From Myxococcota bacterium (GTDB lineage Bacteria > Myxococcota_A > UBA9160 > PR03), in contig JBFIML010000076.1 of assembly GCA_041611735.1 (NCBI GenBank), positions 1 through 11,811 of the forward strand: 11,811 bases of DNA, written 5' to 3'. The notes beneath the pieces were generated by a model. The model was not told the origin of the DNA. It ran no database searches and saw nothing but the letters and a program-made list of their open reading frames with translations. The position numbers were made by a program, and so were the translations under genes. Positions 1 to 7,358 of this stretch are shown in pieces (the first letter of the stretch is position 1; each line of letters starts with the position of its first letter).

Positions 1-1
1 C

Positions 2-36
2 GGCGTCCCGGCGCGCCGCGCGCGCGCCGGGACGCC
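2..36. terminator. Perfect 15-bp inverted repeat, terminator-like hairpin
   Basis: GGCGTCCCGGCGCGC (2-16) is the exact reverse complement of GCGCGCCGGGACGCC (22-36), with a 5-nt loop. It is followed by CTTCCCC rather than a U-tract, so the terminator role is inferred. Confidence 0.5.
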
Positions 37-199
37 CTTCCCCCGCCGGCTCAGGACCCGGCTCCGGCACGCCGATACGCCCGCGAGCCCCGGCCGGGCC
101 GCTCGCCGTGTCGTGGCCCGGGTTCGTGTTGCTTGCGAAGCGCCGATCGCTCGCGCACACTCGCGAGGGCTTCGGCGGCGGCTTCGAAGGGAGCTCGGC

Positions 200-646
200 A
201 TGCAATCGGGCTTCAATACCAACGTCCGCTACCGGAGCGTGATCTTCCACGTGCAGACCGAGGACAGCGGGCGGGCCCATCCCCACGTGATCACCCATCT
301 CTATCACGGCGGCACGATCCTGGCTTCCATGAAGCGCGACTACGGCGACCTGCTCGACTCCCCCGAGCTGGCCCGCGAGCTCAAGGAGCTGATGGAGATC
401 CAGCACGCCGGCATGCTGCAGCAGCTGCGCCGCGGCGAGTTCGACGCCGTGATCCGGGAGCGGCTCGGCCCCGACGTCCTGGCAGAGACGCCGCCCGTGG
501 CGCCGACGCGAGCTTCGTCCGAGGCGGAGAACGCCCCCGAGGCGGCGCCTGCCCGGGCGGACCGCCCCGCGCAGCGTCCCCTCGACGAGATGATCCTCGC
601 CTACCTCGTAGAGAACGCGCGTCAGCGCAAGCGCCGGGTGCAGTGA
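200..646 (+). CDS. Hypothetical protein, 148 aa (GFNTN...FHVQTEDSG...PHVITHLY.GGTILAS N-terminal domain, A/P/E-rich linker, C-terminal LDEMILAYL helix)
   Basis: ATG at 200 is preceded by GAAGGGAG (186-193). The codons have strong GC3 bias and the stop overlaps the ftsE start (GTGA). The ORF-track start at 113 adds a non-protein-like extension. From memory it resembles uncharacterised deltaproteobacterial proteins; this was not searched. Confidence 0.8.
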   Translation: MQSGFNTNVRYRSVIFHVQTEDSGRAHPHVITHLYHGGTILASMKRDYGDLLDSPELARELKELMEIQHAGMLQQLRRGEFDAVIRERLGPDVLAETPPVAPTRASSEAENAPEAAPARADRPAQRPLDEMILAYLVENARQRKRRVQ

Positions 647-1368
647 ACCGAAGCGGTGCGGTCGTCGCCGCCACGCGCGGCGACCCCCTGATCCGCCTGT
701 TCCACGTCTCCAAGTCGTACCTGGCGGGCAGCTACGCCCTGCACGATGTCTCCCTCGAGGTGGCCAAGGGGCAGATGGTCTTCCTGACCGGCCCGAGCGG
801 CGCCGGCAAGACCACGCTCCTCAAGCTCCTGTTCGCGGCCGAGCGTCCCAGCGAGGGACAGATCCTGGTGCTGGGACGCAACGTCGGGCGCCTGCGCGAG
901 ACGGCGATCCCGGCGCTGCGACGCCGCATCGGCGTCGTGTTCCAGGACTTCAAGCTGCTTCCGCGCCGAACCGTGGAGGAGAACGTGGCCCTGGGCCTGG
1001 AGGTGCTGGGCACGCCGCCCCGGGAGGTCCGCGGCCGGGTCTTCGGGATCCTGAAGCGCGTGGGCCTCCAGCACCGTCGCCACCACCACCCGACCTCCCT
1101 CTCGGGTGGAGAGCAGCAGCGCGTGGCCCTGGCCCGGGCCCTGGTCAACGACCCCGCCATCCTGCTGGCCGACGAGCCCACCGGCAACCTGGATCCGGAG
1201 CTCACCGTCGAGATCATGGACCTGATCGCATCGCAGGCGGTGCGCGGGACGACGGTCCTGGTGGCCACCCACGACCGGGCCCTGCTGCGCCGCTACGGCA
1301 AGCGGACGCTGCGCCTGGAGGACGGTCGTCTCCAGGAAGACGTGCCGGCCGGGGCGCTCCGGGCATGA
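643..1368 (+). CDS. ftsE: Cell division ABC ATPase FtsE
   Basis: Walker A GPSGAGKTT, IGVVFQDFKLL, signature LSGGEQQR, Walker B/D-loop ILLADEPTGNLD and H-loop VATHD. It lies directly before ftsX. The start is taken as the in-frame GTG at 643 overlapping the upstream TGA. Confidence 0.93.
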   Translation: MNRSGAVVAATRGDPLIRLFHVSKSYLAGSYALHDVSLEVAKGQMVFLTGPSGAGKTTLLKLLFAAERPSEGQILVLGRNVGRLRETAIPALRRRIGVVFQDFKLLPRRTVEENVALGLEVLGTPPREVRGRVFGILKRVGLQHRRHHHPTSLSGGEQQRVALARALVNDPAILLADEPTGNLDPELTVEIMDLIASQAVRGTTVLVATHDRALLRRYGKRTLRLEDGRLQEDVPAGALRA

Positions 1369-2267
1369 CGCGCCTGGTCTATCGGCTCGTCTATCTCTCC
1401 CGCGCGGCCCTGCGCGGCCTGCAGGCCAGCCCGGTGACCTCGGGCGTGGCGTCGGTGACGCTGGCCGTGGCCCTGGTCCTGGTCGGAACCTTCCTCTTGG
1501 TGGTGACCAACATGGGGCTGCTGCTCGAGCGCGTGGGCCGCGATCTCGCGGTGACTGCCTACCTGGAGGAGGGGCTCTCCGCCGAGGCCCGGCGCGACCT
1601 GGCCCAGCGGGCCGCGGCCCTGGGCGGCGTCGAGAGCGTCGAGATCGTCAGCAAGGAGGAGGCGCTGCGCCGCTTCGGGGAACGCGTGGGTGGGGCCGCG
1701 TTGCTCGAGGGGCTCGAGGAGAATCCGCTTCCGGCCTCCCTGGAGGTGCGGCTGGATTCCGAGCACCGCTCGGCGACGGCGGTTCGGGCCGTGGCGGACG
1801 CGCTCGCCGGCATGCCCGAGGTGGAGGAGCTCGGCAGCAGCCAGCAATGGGTGGAGGGCTACGCCCGGGCCCGCGGGCTCGTGCGCGGCCTCGGTTTCGG
1901 CCTCGGTGGCGTGCTCGCCCTCGCCACCTTGCTGATCGTGGCCAACACGATCCGACTCACCCTGCTGGCCCGCCGCGACGAGCTCGAGATCCTGTCCCTG
2001 GTCGGCGCGAGCCGCACCTACCTGCGCGTCCCCTTCCTGCTGGAGGGCATCCTGCAGGGAGCGGCCGCCGGGGCCATCGCCGTGGCCCTGCTCTTCGTGC
2101 TGTTCCGGCTGGCGGTGCCCGCCCTGGGCGACGGGCTCGAGCTCTTCCTCGGCTGGTCGGACCCCGTCTTCCTGCCCTGGGGGCAGGCCCTGCTCCTGGT
2201 GGGCGGGGGAGCCGCCCTCGGCTGCGTGGGAGCGGGCCTCGCGCTGAGCGGCGAGCGGCTTCCGTGA
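1365..2267 (+). CDS. ftsX: Cell division permease-like protein FtsX
   Basis: 300 aa: TM1, a periplasmic domain with SKEEAL and LEENPLPASLEV, then further TMs with IVANTIRL...RRDELEILSLVGA...PFLLEG. ATGA overlap with ftsE. Confidence 0.93.
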   Translation: MTRLVYRLVYLSRAALRGLQASPVTSGVASVTLAVALVLVGTFLLVVTNMGLLLERVGRDLAVTAYLEEGLSAEARRDLAQRAAALGGVESVEIVSKEEALRRFGERVGGAALLEGLEENPLPASLEVRLDSEHRSATAVRAVADALAGMPEVEELGSSQQWVEGYARARGLVRGLGFGLGGVLALATLLIVANTIRLTLLARRDELEILSLVGASRTYLRVPFLLEGILQGAAAGAIAVALLFVLFRLAVPALGDGLELFLGWSDPVFLPWGQALLLVGGGAALGCVGAGLALSGERLP

Positions 2268-3418
2268 GGGCTCGCGGCGTCCCCCTGGTCCTCGCGCTGC
2301 TCGCCGTGGCCGGGGCTGCAGCCGGTGAGGACGAACGCCGCCGCGAGCTGGACGACCTGCGGCGCGCCATCCAGGAGCGTCGCGAGCGGGTGGCGACCTA
2401 CGAGCGGGAGCAGCGCGGCCTGCTGGAGACGCTGGAGGAGATCGACCGCCTGGCGGCAGCCCTCGCTGCCGACGGGCGCCAGGCCCGCCGCCAGGCCCGC
2501 GAAGCGCGGGAGTCCCTGGTCGAGCTCGAGGCGCGCACCGCGGAGCTGGAGGAGCGCCTGGCTCGCACCCGCCGCGCCATGGCGGCGCGGGCCGTGGCGC
2601 TCTACCGCAGCGGCGAGGTGGGTCCCGTGCAGGTGCTCTTCCAGGCCGGGGACCTGCGCGACCTGCTGACGCGGCTGGAGGCCTTGCGCCGGCTCCTGCG
2701 CCACGACCGGGGGCTCCTCGCCCGCGCCCGGGAAGAGGCCGAGGCCCTGGCCCTCGCACGGGAAGCTGCGCAGCTCGCTGCGGACCGCCACCAGCAGGCC
2801 CTGGCCCGGGTGGAGGTGCGCGCCCGGGAGGTGGGGGAGGAGCGCCGCGCCAAGCGGGAGTTCATGGCCCGGGTGCGGGCCGACCGGGGCCGGGAGCGGG
2901 CGGCGCTGGTGGAGCTGGAGGCCGCCGCCCGGACCCTGGAGGAGACCCTGGCCCGGCTGCCCGCCGGCAGCCGGACGCTGCCGGGGCCGCGCGGCGCCGG
3001 CTCCTTCGTGGCGCTGCGCGGTCGGCTCGATTCCCCCGTGGAGGCCCCCGTCGTGCGCGGCTTCGGCCGCGTGGTGGACCGCGAGTTCCATACGCAGATC
3101 TTCCGCAAGGGCATCGATTTCGCGGCGCCTCTCGGCACCCCGGTGCGGGCCGTGGCGGACGGCGAGGTGCGCTTCGCCGGCTGGTTCCGGGGCTACGGAC
3201 GGCTGGTGATCCTCGACCACGGCGAGCGCTATTTCACGGTCTGCGGGCACCTGGACGAGATCCGGGTGGACGTGGGCGACGCGGTGGCGGCCGGGTCGGT
3301 GATCGGAACCGTGGGAGACACGGGCTCGCTCAGCGGTCCCCGCCTGTATTTCGAGATCCGCAACGGCGGCCAGCCCCTGGATCCCCACGACTGGCTCCGG
3401 GGCGAGCCGGCAGGCTAG
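2264..3418 (+). CDS. envC: EnvC-like murein hydrolase activator (signal peptide, long coiled coil, degenerate M23/LytM domain)
   Basis: GTG at 2264 overlaps the ftsX stop. It has a hydrophobic signal (PLVLALLAVAGAAAG), an E/R/A/L coiled coil and an M23 domain (KGIDFAAPLGTPVRAVADGEV...GYGRLVILDHG...GHL...VGDTG...PRLYFEIR). Zinc-site histidines are replaced, as expected for EnvC. Confidence 0.88.
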   Translation: MRARGVPLVLALLAVAGAAAGEDERRRELDDLRRAIQERRERVATYEREQRGLLETLEEIDRLAAALAADGRQARRQAREARESLVELEARTAELEERLARTRRAMAARAVALYRSGEVGPVQVLFQAGDLRDLLTRLEALRRLLRHDRGLLARAREEAEALALAREAAQLAADRHQQALARVEVRAREVGEERRAKREFMARVRADRGRERAALVELEAAARTLEETLARLPAGSRTLPGPRGAGSFVALRGRLDSPVEAPVVRGFGRVVDREFHTQIFRKGIDFAAPLGTPVRAVADGEVRFAGWFRGYGRLVILDHGERYFTVCGHLDEIRVDVGDAVAAGSVIGTVGDTGSLSGPRLYFEIRNGGQPLDPHDWLRGEPAG

Positions 3419-3421
3419 AAT
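3392..3421 (+). promoter_or_regulatory. Possible sigma70-type internal promoter for the S41 protease gene
   Basis: TAGAAT at 3416-3421 (5/6 match to TATAAT) overlaps the envC stop. The -35 is weak (TGGCTC 3392-3397, 18-nt spacer). A 115-nt intergenic gap follows the stop. Confidence 0.4.
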
Positions 3422-3533
3422 GGCGGGGCAACGGTCCGCTCGGTCAAGGCAAGCCAACGGCCGGCCGAATGCCCTCCCGATGACCCGCCGCGCGGACGGT
3501 CCGGCCCTCGAGACGGAAAGACGCGAGACGACC

Positions 3534-4925
3534 ATGCGCCGTACCACCCTTCGATCCGCCCTCTGGTTCGCCACCGGCGTGGCCGCTGCCGTCGGGTTCT
3601 TTGCCTCCGCCGGAGGCGTGGGGCAGGTTTCCGCGGCCCGCTACGAGGATCTCAGCCTGTTCACGTCGGTCCTGCACCTGGTGCGGCGCAACTACGTGGA
3701 CGAGGTGGACGAGACCACGCTGGTGCGGGGGGCCGTACGCGGGATGCTCGCCGAGCTCGATCCGCACTCCGCCTACCTCGATCCGCGCGCCCACAAGGAG
3801 ATGCAGATCGACACGAAGGGGGAGTTCCACGGCATCGGCATCGAGATCTCCAAGCGTCGCGACGGCTTCATCGAGGTGGTGGCGCCCATCGACGGCACCC
3901 CAGCCTCCAGGGCCGGCATTCGCGCTCGCGACCAGATCGTGGCCATCTGCCCCGAGGAACGGCCCGAGGAATGGACCGAGGAGTGCCAGTCCACCAAGAA
4001 CATGACGCTGTTCGAGGCGGTGCAGCTCATGCGGGGGCGCAAGGGCACCAAGATCACCATCATGATCTTCCGGCAGGGCTTCGAGCGGCCGGAGCCCTAC
4101 AGCGTGGTCCGCGACGTGGTGAAGGTGGAGTCCGTGACGGGCCGTCTGCTCGAGAGCGGCTACGGCTACGTGCGCATCCGCGCCTTCCAGGAGCGGACCA
4201 CGCGAGATCTGGGGCAGGCCTTGGGGCAGATCGCCCAGGAGGCTGGCGGGCGCCTCGACGGTCTCGTGCTCGACCTGCGCGACAACCCGGGCGGGCTGCT
4301 CGACCAGGCCGTGCAGGTGGCCGACCGCTGGGTGCCCGACGGGCTCATCGTCTATACCCAGGGCCGCGTGGAGAGCCAGCGCCAGGAGTTCCGCGCCCAC
4401 AACGACGGCAGCGAGGAGCTCTACCCGATGGTGGTGCTCGTGAACGCGGGCAGCGCCAGCGCCTCGGAGATCGTGGCCGGGGCCCTCCAGGACCAGCACC
4501 GCGCGCTGGTGGTGGGAACGCCGACCTTCGGCAAGGGCTCGGTGCAGACCGTGTACCCGTTGGAGGACGGCTCGGGCCTGCGGCTCACGACCGCGCTCTA
4601 CTACACGCCGGGCGGCCGTTCGATCCAGGAGGTGGGCATCGCGCCGGACATCATCGTGGAGGCGCTGCCGCCCGCCGGCGAGGAGGAGGCCACGGAGCGC
4701 CGCGGTCGGCCCCTGCGCGAGCGCGACCTGGAGCGCCACCTGACCCAGCCCGAGGTCCCGGAAGCCCCGGCCGAGGAGCCCGGGCCGCCGACCGCCAAGG
4801 ATCCGGACGCCGAGGACATCCAGCTCACCCGCGCCCTCGAGGTGCTCAAGAGCTGGAGCTACTTCGAGCGCCTGCAGCAGGCCCGCCTCGGCGGGGCCGC
4901 AGTGGTGCGGGCCGAGGCGCCGTAA
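3534..4925 (+). CDS. ctpA: S41A carboxyl-terminal processing protease (CtpA-like) with PDZ domain
   Basis: N-terminal signal/anchor after ATG 3534, LDPHSAY, PDZ GEFHGIGIEI...VVAPIDGTPASRAGI, LDLRDNPGGLL, catalytic Ser motif SASASEIVAGALQD, Lys motif TFGKGSVQ and LTTALYYTPGGRSIQ.GIAPD. The start could alternatively be ATG 3480 or 3420. Confidence 0.92.
   Translation: MRRTTLRSALWFATGVAAAVGFFASAGGVGQVSAARYEDLSLFTSVLHLVRRNYVDEVDETTLVRGAVRGMLAELDPHSAYLDPRAHKEMQIDTKGEFHGIGIEISKRRDGFIEVVAPIDGTPASRAGIRARDQIVAICPEERPEEWTEECQSTKNMTLFEAVQLMRGRKGTKITIMIFRQGFERPEPYSVVRDVVKVESVTGRLLESGYGYVRIRAFQERTTRDLGQALGQIAQEAGGRLDGLVLDLRDNPGGLLDQAVQVADRWVPDGLIVYTQGRVESQRQEFRAHNDGSEELYPMVVLVNAGSASASEIVAGALQDQHRALVVGTPTFGKGSVQTVYPLEDGSGLRLTTALYYTPGGRSIQEVGIAPDIIVEALPPAGEEEATERRGRPLRERDLERHLTQPEVPEAPAEEPGPPTAKDPDAEDIQLTRALEVLKSWSYFERLQQARLGGAAVVRAEAP
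3951..3986 (+). repeat. Three imperfect 12-bp tandem units inside the PDZ coding region
   Basis: CCCGAGGAACGG / CCCGAGGAATGG / ACCGAGGAGTGC, encoding PEER-PEEW-TEEC. Confidence 0.7.
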
Positions 4926-4985
4926 GCTGGTGTCGCGGCGGCGCGCCCGGGCGCCGCGAAGCGTCAGTCCCGAGACGGGGGCAGC

Positions 4986-6239
4986 GTGAGCTCGAGCCCG
5001 CCCGGCCCGGCCGCCCAGGGACGACGCATCTGGACCGTCACCGAGCTGGCGGCTGAGGTGTGTTTCCTGCTCGACGACGCCCTCGGGCGCGTCTGGCTGG
5101 TCGGCGAGGTCAGCAACCTGCGTCGGCCCGCTTCCGGACACCTCTACTTCACGCTCAAGGACGACTCCGCCCAGCTGCGCGCCGTCCTGTTCCGCTCGGA
5201 CGCCGAGCGCCTGCCCTTCGATCCGGAGGACGGACTCCAGGTGCTGGCCTTCGGCGAGCTGACCTTGTGGGAGCCGCGCGGCGACCTGCAGGTGCGTGTG
5301 CGGCATCTGGAGCCGCGGGGGCGCGGCGCCCTCCAGCTCGCCTTCGAGCAGCTGCGGGCGCGGCTCGAGGGCGAGGGGCTGTTCGACCCGGCGCGCAAGC
5401 GGCCGCTTCCGGAGTTCCCCCGGGCCGTCGGGGTCGTCACGTCTCCCCATGGCGCAGCGCTGCGCGACGTGATCCGCGTGGCCGCCGGCCGTTGTCCGTG
5501 CATCCCGCTGGTGCTGGCGCCGGCGCGGGTGCAGGGCAGCGGAGCGGCCCGCGAGCTGGTGGCGGCCCTCGCCCGCGCAGCGGCCTGGCCCCAGGTGGAC
5601 GTGGTCCTGCTGGTCCGCGGAGGCGGCTCCCTGGAGGATCTGCTGGCCTTCAACAGCGAGGAGCTCGCGCGCGCGGTGGCCGCCTGCCCGGTCCCCGTGG
5701 TGGCGGGCGTGGGGCACGAGATCGACGTCAGCATCGCGGACCTGGTGGCCGACGTCCGGGCGCCCACGCCGTCGGCGGCGGCGGCGCGGGCCGTGCCGGA
5801 CCGGACGGCGCTCGGGATGCGCCTGGGACGCGACGCCCGGCGTCTGCGCACGGCGCTCGACGGCGTGCTGGGGCGCGGCCGCGTCCGCTTCGGGGCGGCG
5901 CGGGACTCGCTGCGTCGGGTCTCGCCGCGCGCCCGCCTGGAGACTCGGCGGGGGCGGCTGCGGGCAGCGGAGCGCGCCCTTCAGCGGGCCGGGGCCAGCC
6001 TGCTCGAGCGCCGACGGGCGCGGTTCGGCGTCCTGACCGGTCGCCTCGACTCGCTCTCGCCGCTGGCCGTGCTCGGGCGTGGCTTCGCGATCGTTCGCCG
6101 CAGCGCCGACGGGGCGATCGTGCGCGCCCCGGACGACGTCACGCCGGGCGCGGGGCTGCGCATCCGCCTGGCTGCCGGGGAGCTCGACGCCACCGTGGAC
6201 GGCTCCCCTCGCCGTGACGCCCGCCCGCAGCGTCGATAG
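4986..6239 (+). CDS. xseA: Exodeoxyribonuclease VII large subunit
   Basis: OB-fold WLVGEVSN...SGHLYFTLKD, KRPLP..P..VGVVTSP.GAALRD, RGGGSLEDL, GVGHEID...DLVADVRAPTPSAAA and C-terminal LSPLAVLGRGFAIV. GTG start. Confidence 0.95.
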   Translation: MSSSPPGPAAQGRRIWTVTELAAEVCFLLDDALGRVWLVGEVSNLRRPASGHLYFTLKDDSAQLRAVLFRSDAERLPFDPEDGLQVLAFGELTLWEPRGDLQVRVRHLEPRGRGALQLAFEQLRARLEGEGLFDPARKRPLPEFPRAVGVVTSPHGAALRDVIRVAAGRCPCIPLVLAPARVQGSGAARELVAALARAAAWPQVDVVLLVRGGGSLEDLLAFNSEELARAVAACPVPVVAGVGHEIDVSIADLVADVRAPTPSAAAARAVPDRTALGMRLGRDARRLRTALDGVLGRGRVRFGAARDSLRRVSPRARLETRRGRLRAAERALQRAGASLLERRRARFGVLTGRLDSLSPLAVLGRGFAIVRRSADGAIVRAPDDVTPGAGLRIRLAAGELDATVDGSPRRDARPQRR

Positions 6240-6242
6240 CAT
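6214..6242 (+). promoter_or_regulatory. Putative sigma70-type promoter upstream of xseB
   Basis: GTGACG (6214-6219), 17-nt spacer, TAGCAT (6237-6242). The -10 includes the xseA stop codon. Confidence 0.5.
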
Positions 6243-6252
6243 CACGCCATCC

Positions 6253-6522
6253 ATGAGCGAGCCCGCCGATCCGGCCCGCGCCCGCCCGCCCGAGGAGCTC
6301 CCCTTCGAGTCCGCCCTCGGGCGCCTGGAGGAGGTCGTGGACCGCCTGGAGCACGGCGAGCTCCCCCTGGAGGAGTCGCTCGCCCTGTTCGAGGAGGGCG
6401 TGCGGCTCAGCCGGCGCCTGGCCGGCCAGCTGGAGCAGGCCGAGCAGCGCGTGGCGGTCCTGGTCGAGGAGGGCGGCGAGCTGCTGGCGCGACCCTTCGA
6501 GGGCCCCGAGGACGCCTCGTAG
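6253..6522 (+). CDS. xseB: Exodeoxyribonuclease VII small subunit
   Basis: FESALGRLEEVVDRLEHGELPLEESLALFEEGVRLSRRL...LEQAEQRV. ATG at 6253, between xseA and ispA. Confidence 0.94.
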   Translation: MSEPADPARARPPEELPFESALGRLEEVVDRLEHGELPLEESLALFEEGVRLSRRLAGQLEQAEQRVAVLVEEGGELLARPFEGPEDAS

Positions 6523-7358
6523 TGGACCTCTCTGCCTGGGTCGATGCGCGCCGACGCCTGCTGGACGAGCGCCTGGAGGCGCTGCTCCCGGCGGCCGACC
6601 AGGCGCCGGCCGACCTGCACGCGGCCATGCGTCACCTGCTATTCCCCGGAGGGAAGCGCCTGCGGCCCCTGCTGGCCCTGGCCGGCGCCGAGGCGGTCGG
6701 TGCGCCGCCCGAGCGCGGGCTGCCCATGGCCCTGGCGGTCGAGCTGGTGCACACCTACTCGCTGGTCCACGACGACCTGCCCTGCATGGACGACGACCGG
6801 GAGCGCCGCGGCCGTCCCACGGTTCACGTGGCCTTCGGGGAGGCGCTGGCGGTGCTGGCCGGCGACGCCCTGCTGGCCGCCGCCTTCGAGGTCCTGGTCT
6901 CGGCGGACGCGGCGGCCGCGCAGGTGCTGGGCTGCGTCGCGGATCTCGCCCGCGCCGCGGGCTCGCGCCAGCTGGTGGGCGGCCAGGCCGACGATCTGGC
7001 CTTCGATCCGGCAGTTCGGGACGCGTCGCGGGTGGAGGACGTCCACCGCCGCAAGACCGGAGCGCTCTTCGAGGCGGCGCTGGTGGGTGGTGCTCGCCTG
7101 GGTGGCGCCGGGCCCGCTACGCTCCGGGCGGTGGGACGCTTCGGCGAGCGCATGGGGGTGGCCTTCCAGATCGCCGACGATCTGCTGGATGGGTCGCGTT
7201 CGGAAACCTGCTCGCTCGTGCGCGTGCTGGGCCGAGACGGTGCGCAATCCCGGGCCGCGACGCTCCTGGACGAGGCCTTGAAGGCGCTCGAGCCGTTGGG
7301 TGCGGCCGGCGAGACGCTGCGCAGTCTGGCCCGCCAGGCGGTGTGGAGGAGGGCATGA
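6522..7358 (+). CDS. ispA: Short-chain trans-polyprenyl diphosphate synthase (IspA/geranyltranstransferase-like)
   Basis: GGKRLRP, HTYSLVHDDLPCMDDDRERRGRPT (first Asp-rich motif, with Tyr at -5), LAGDALL, GGQADD, KTGALF and FQIADDLLD. Classic xseB-ispA-dxs context. The GTG start overlaps the xseB TAG by one base. Confidence 0.88.
   Translation: MDLSAWVDARRRLLDERLEALLPAADQAPADLHAAMRHLLFPGGKRLRPLLALAGAEAVGAPPERGLPMALAVELVHTYSLVHDDLPCMDDDRERRGRPTVHVAFGEALAVLAGDALLAAAFEVLVSADAAAAQVLGCVADLARAAGSRQLVGGQADDLAFDPAVRDASRVEDVHRRKTGALFEAALVGGARLGGAGPATLRAVGRFGERMGVAFQIADDLLDGSRSETCSLVRVLGRDGAQSRAATLLDEALKALEPLGAAGETLRSLARQAVWRRA

Noticed and set aside
64..136. Possible sigma54 promoter upstream of the first gene (CGGCACG at 65, TGGCCCG at 114, TTGC at 129 and 133)
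   Set aside because: No GG/GC pair has the strict 12-nt spacing required.
133..642. Long N-terminal extension of ftsE in the ORF track (also envC from 1847 and xseB from 6079)
   Set aside because: These extensions overlap real upstream genes in another frame and are not protein-like. Better starts exist at 643, 2264 and 6253.
1072..1092. His-rich stretch HRRHHHP in FtsE
   Set aside because: It falls in a variable segment just before the ABC signature, with no evidence for a metal site.
3534..3560. Twin-arginine (Tat) signal in ctpA (MRRTTL)
   Set aside because: It lacks the S/T-R-R-x-F-L context and is more simply a basic n-region of a Sec signal or anchor.
4933..4959. 8-bp stem TCGCGGCG/CGCCGCGA between ctpA and xseA
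   Set aside because: It has no U-tract and is easily produced by chance at this GC content, so it is not called as a terminator.
3444..6635. 1063-aa minus-strand ORF
   Set aside because: It is antisense to ctpA, xseA, xseB and the start of ispA. It has no recognisable motifs and is a typical stop-poor shadow frame of high-GC coding DNA.
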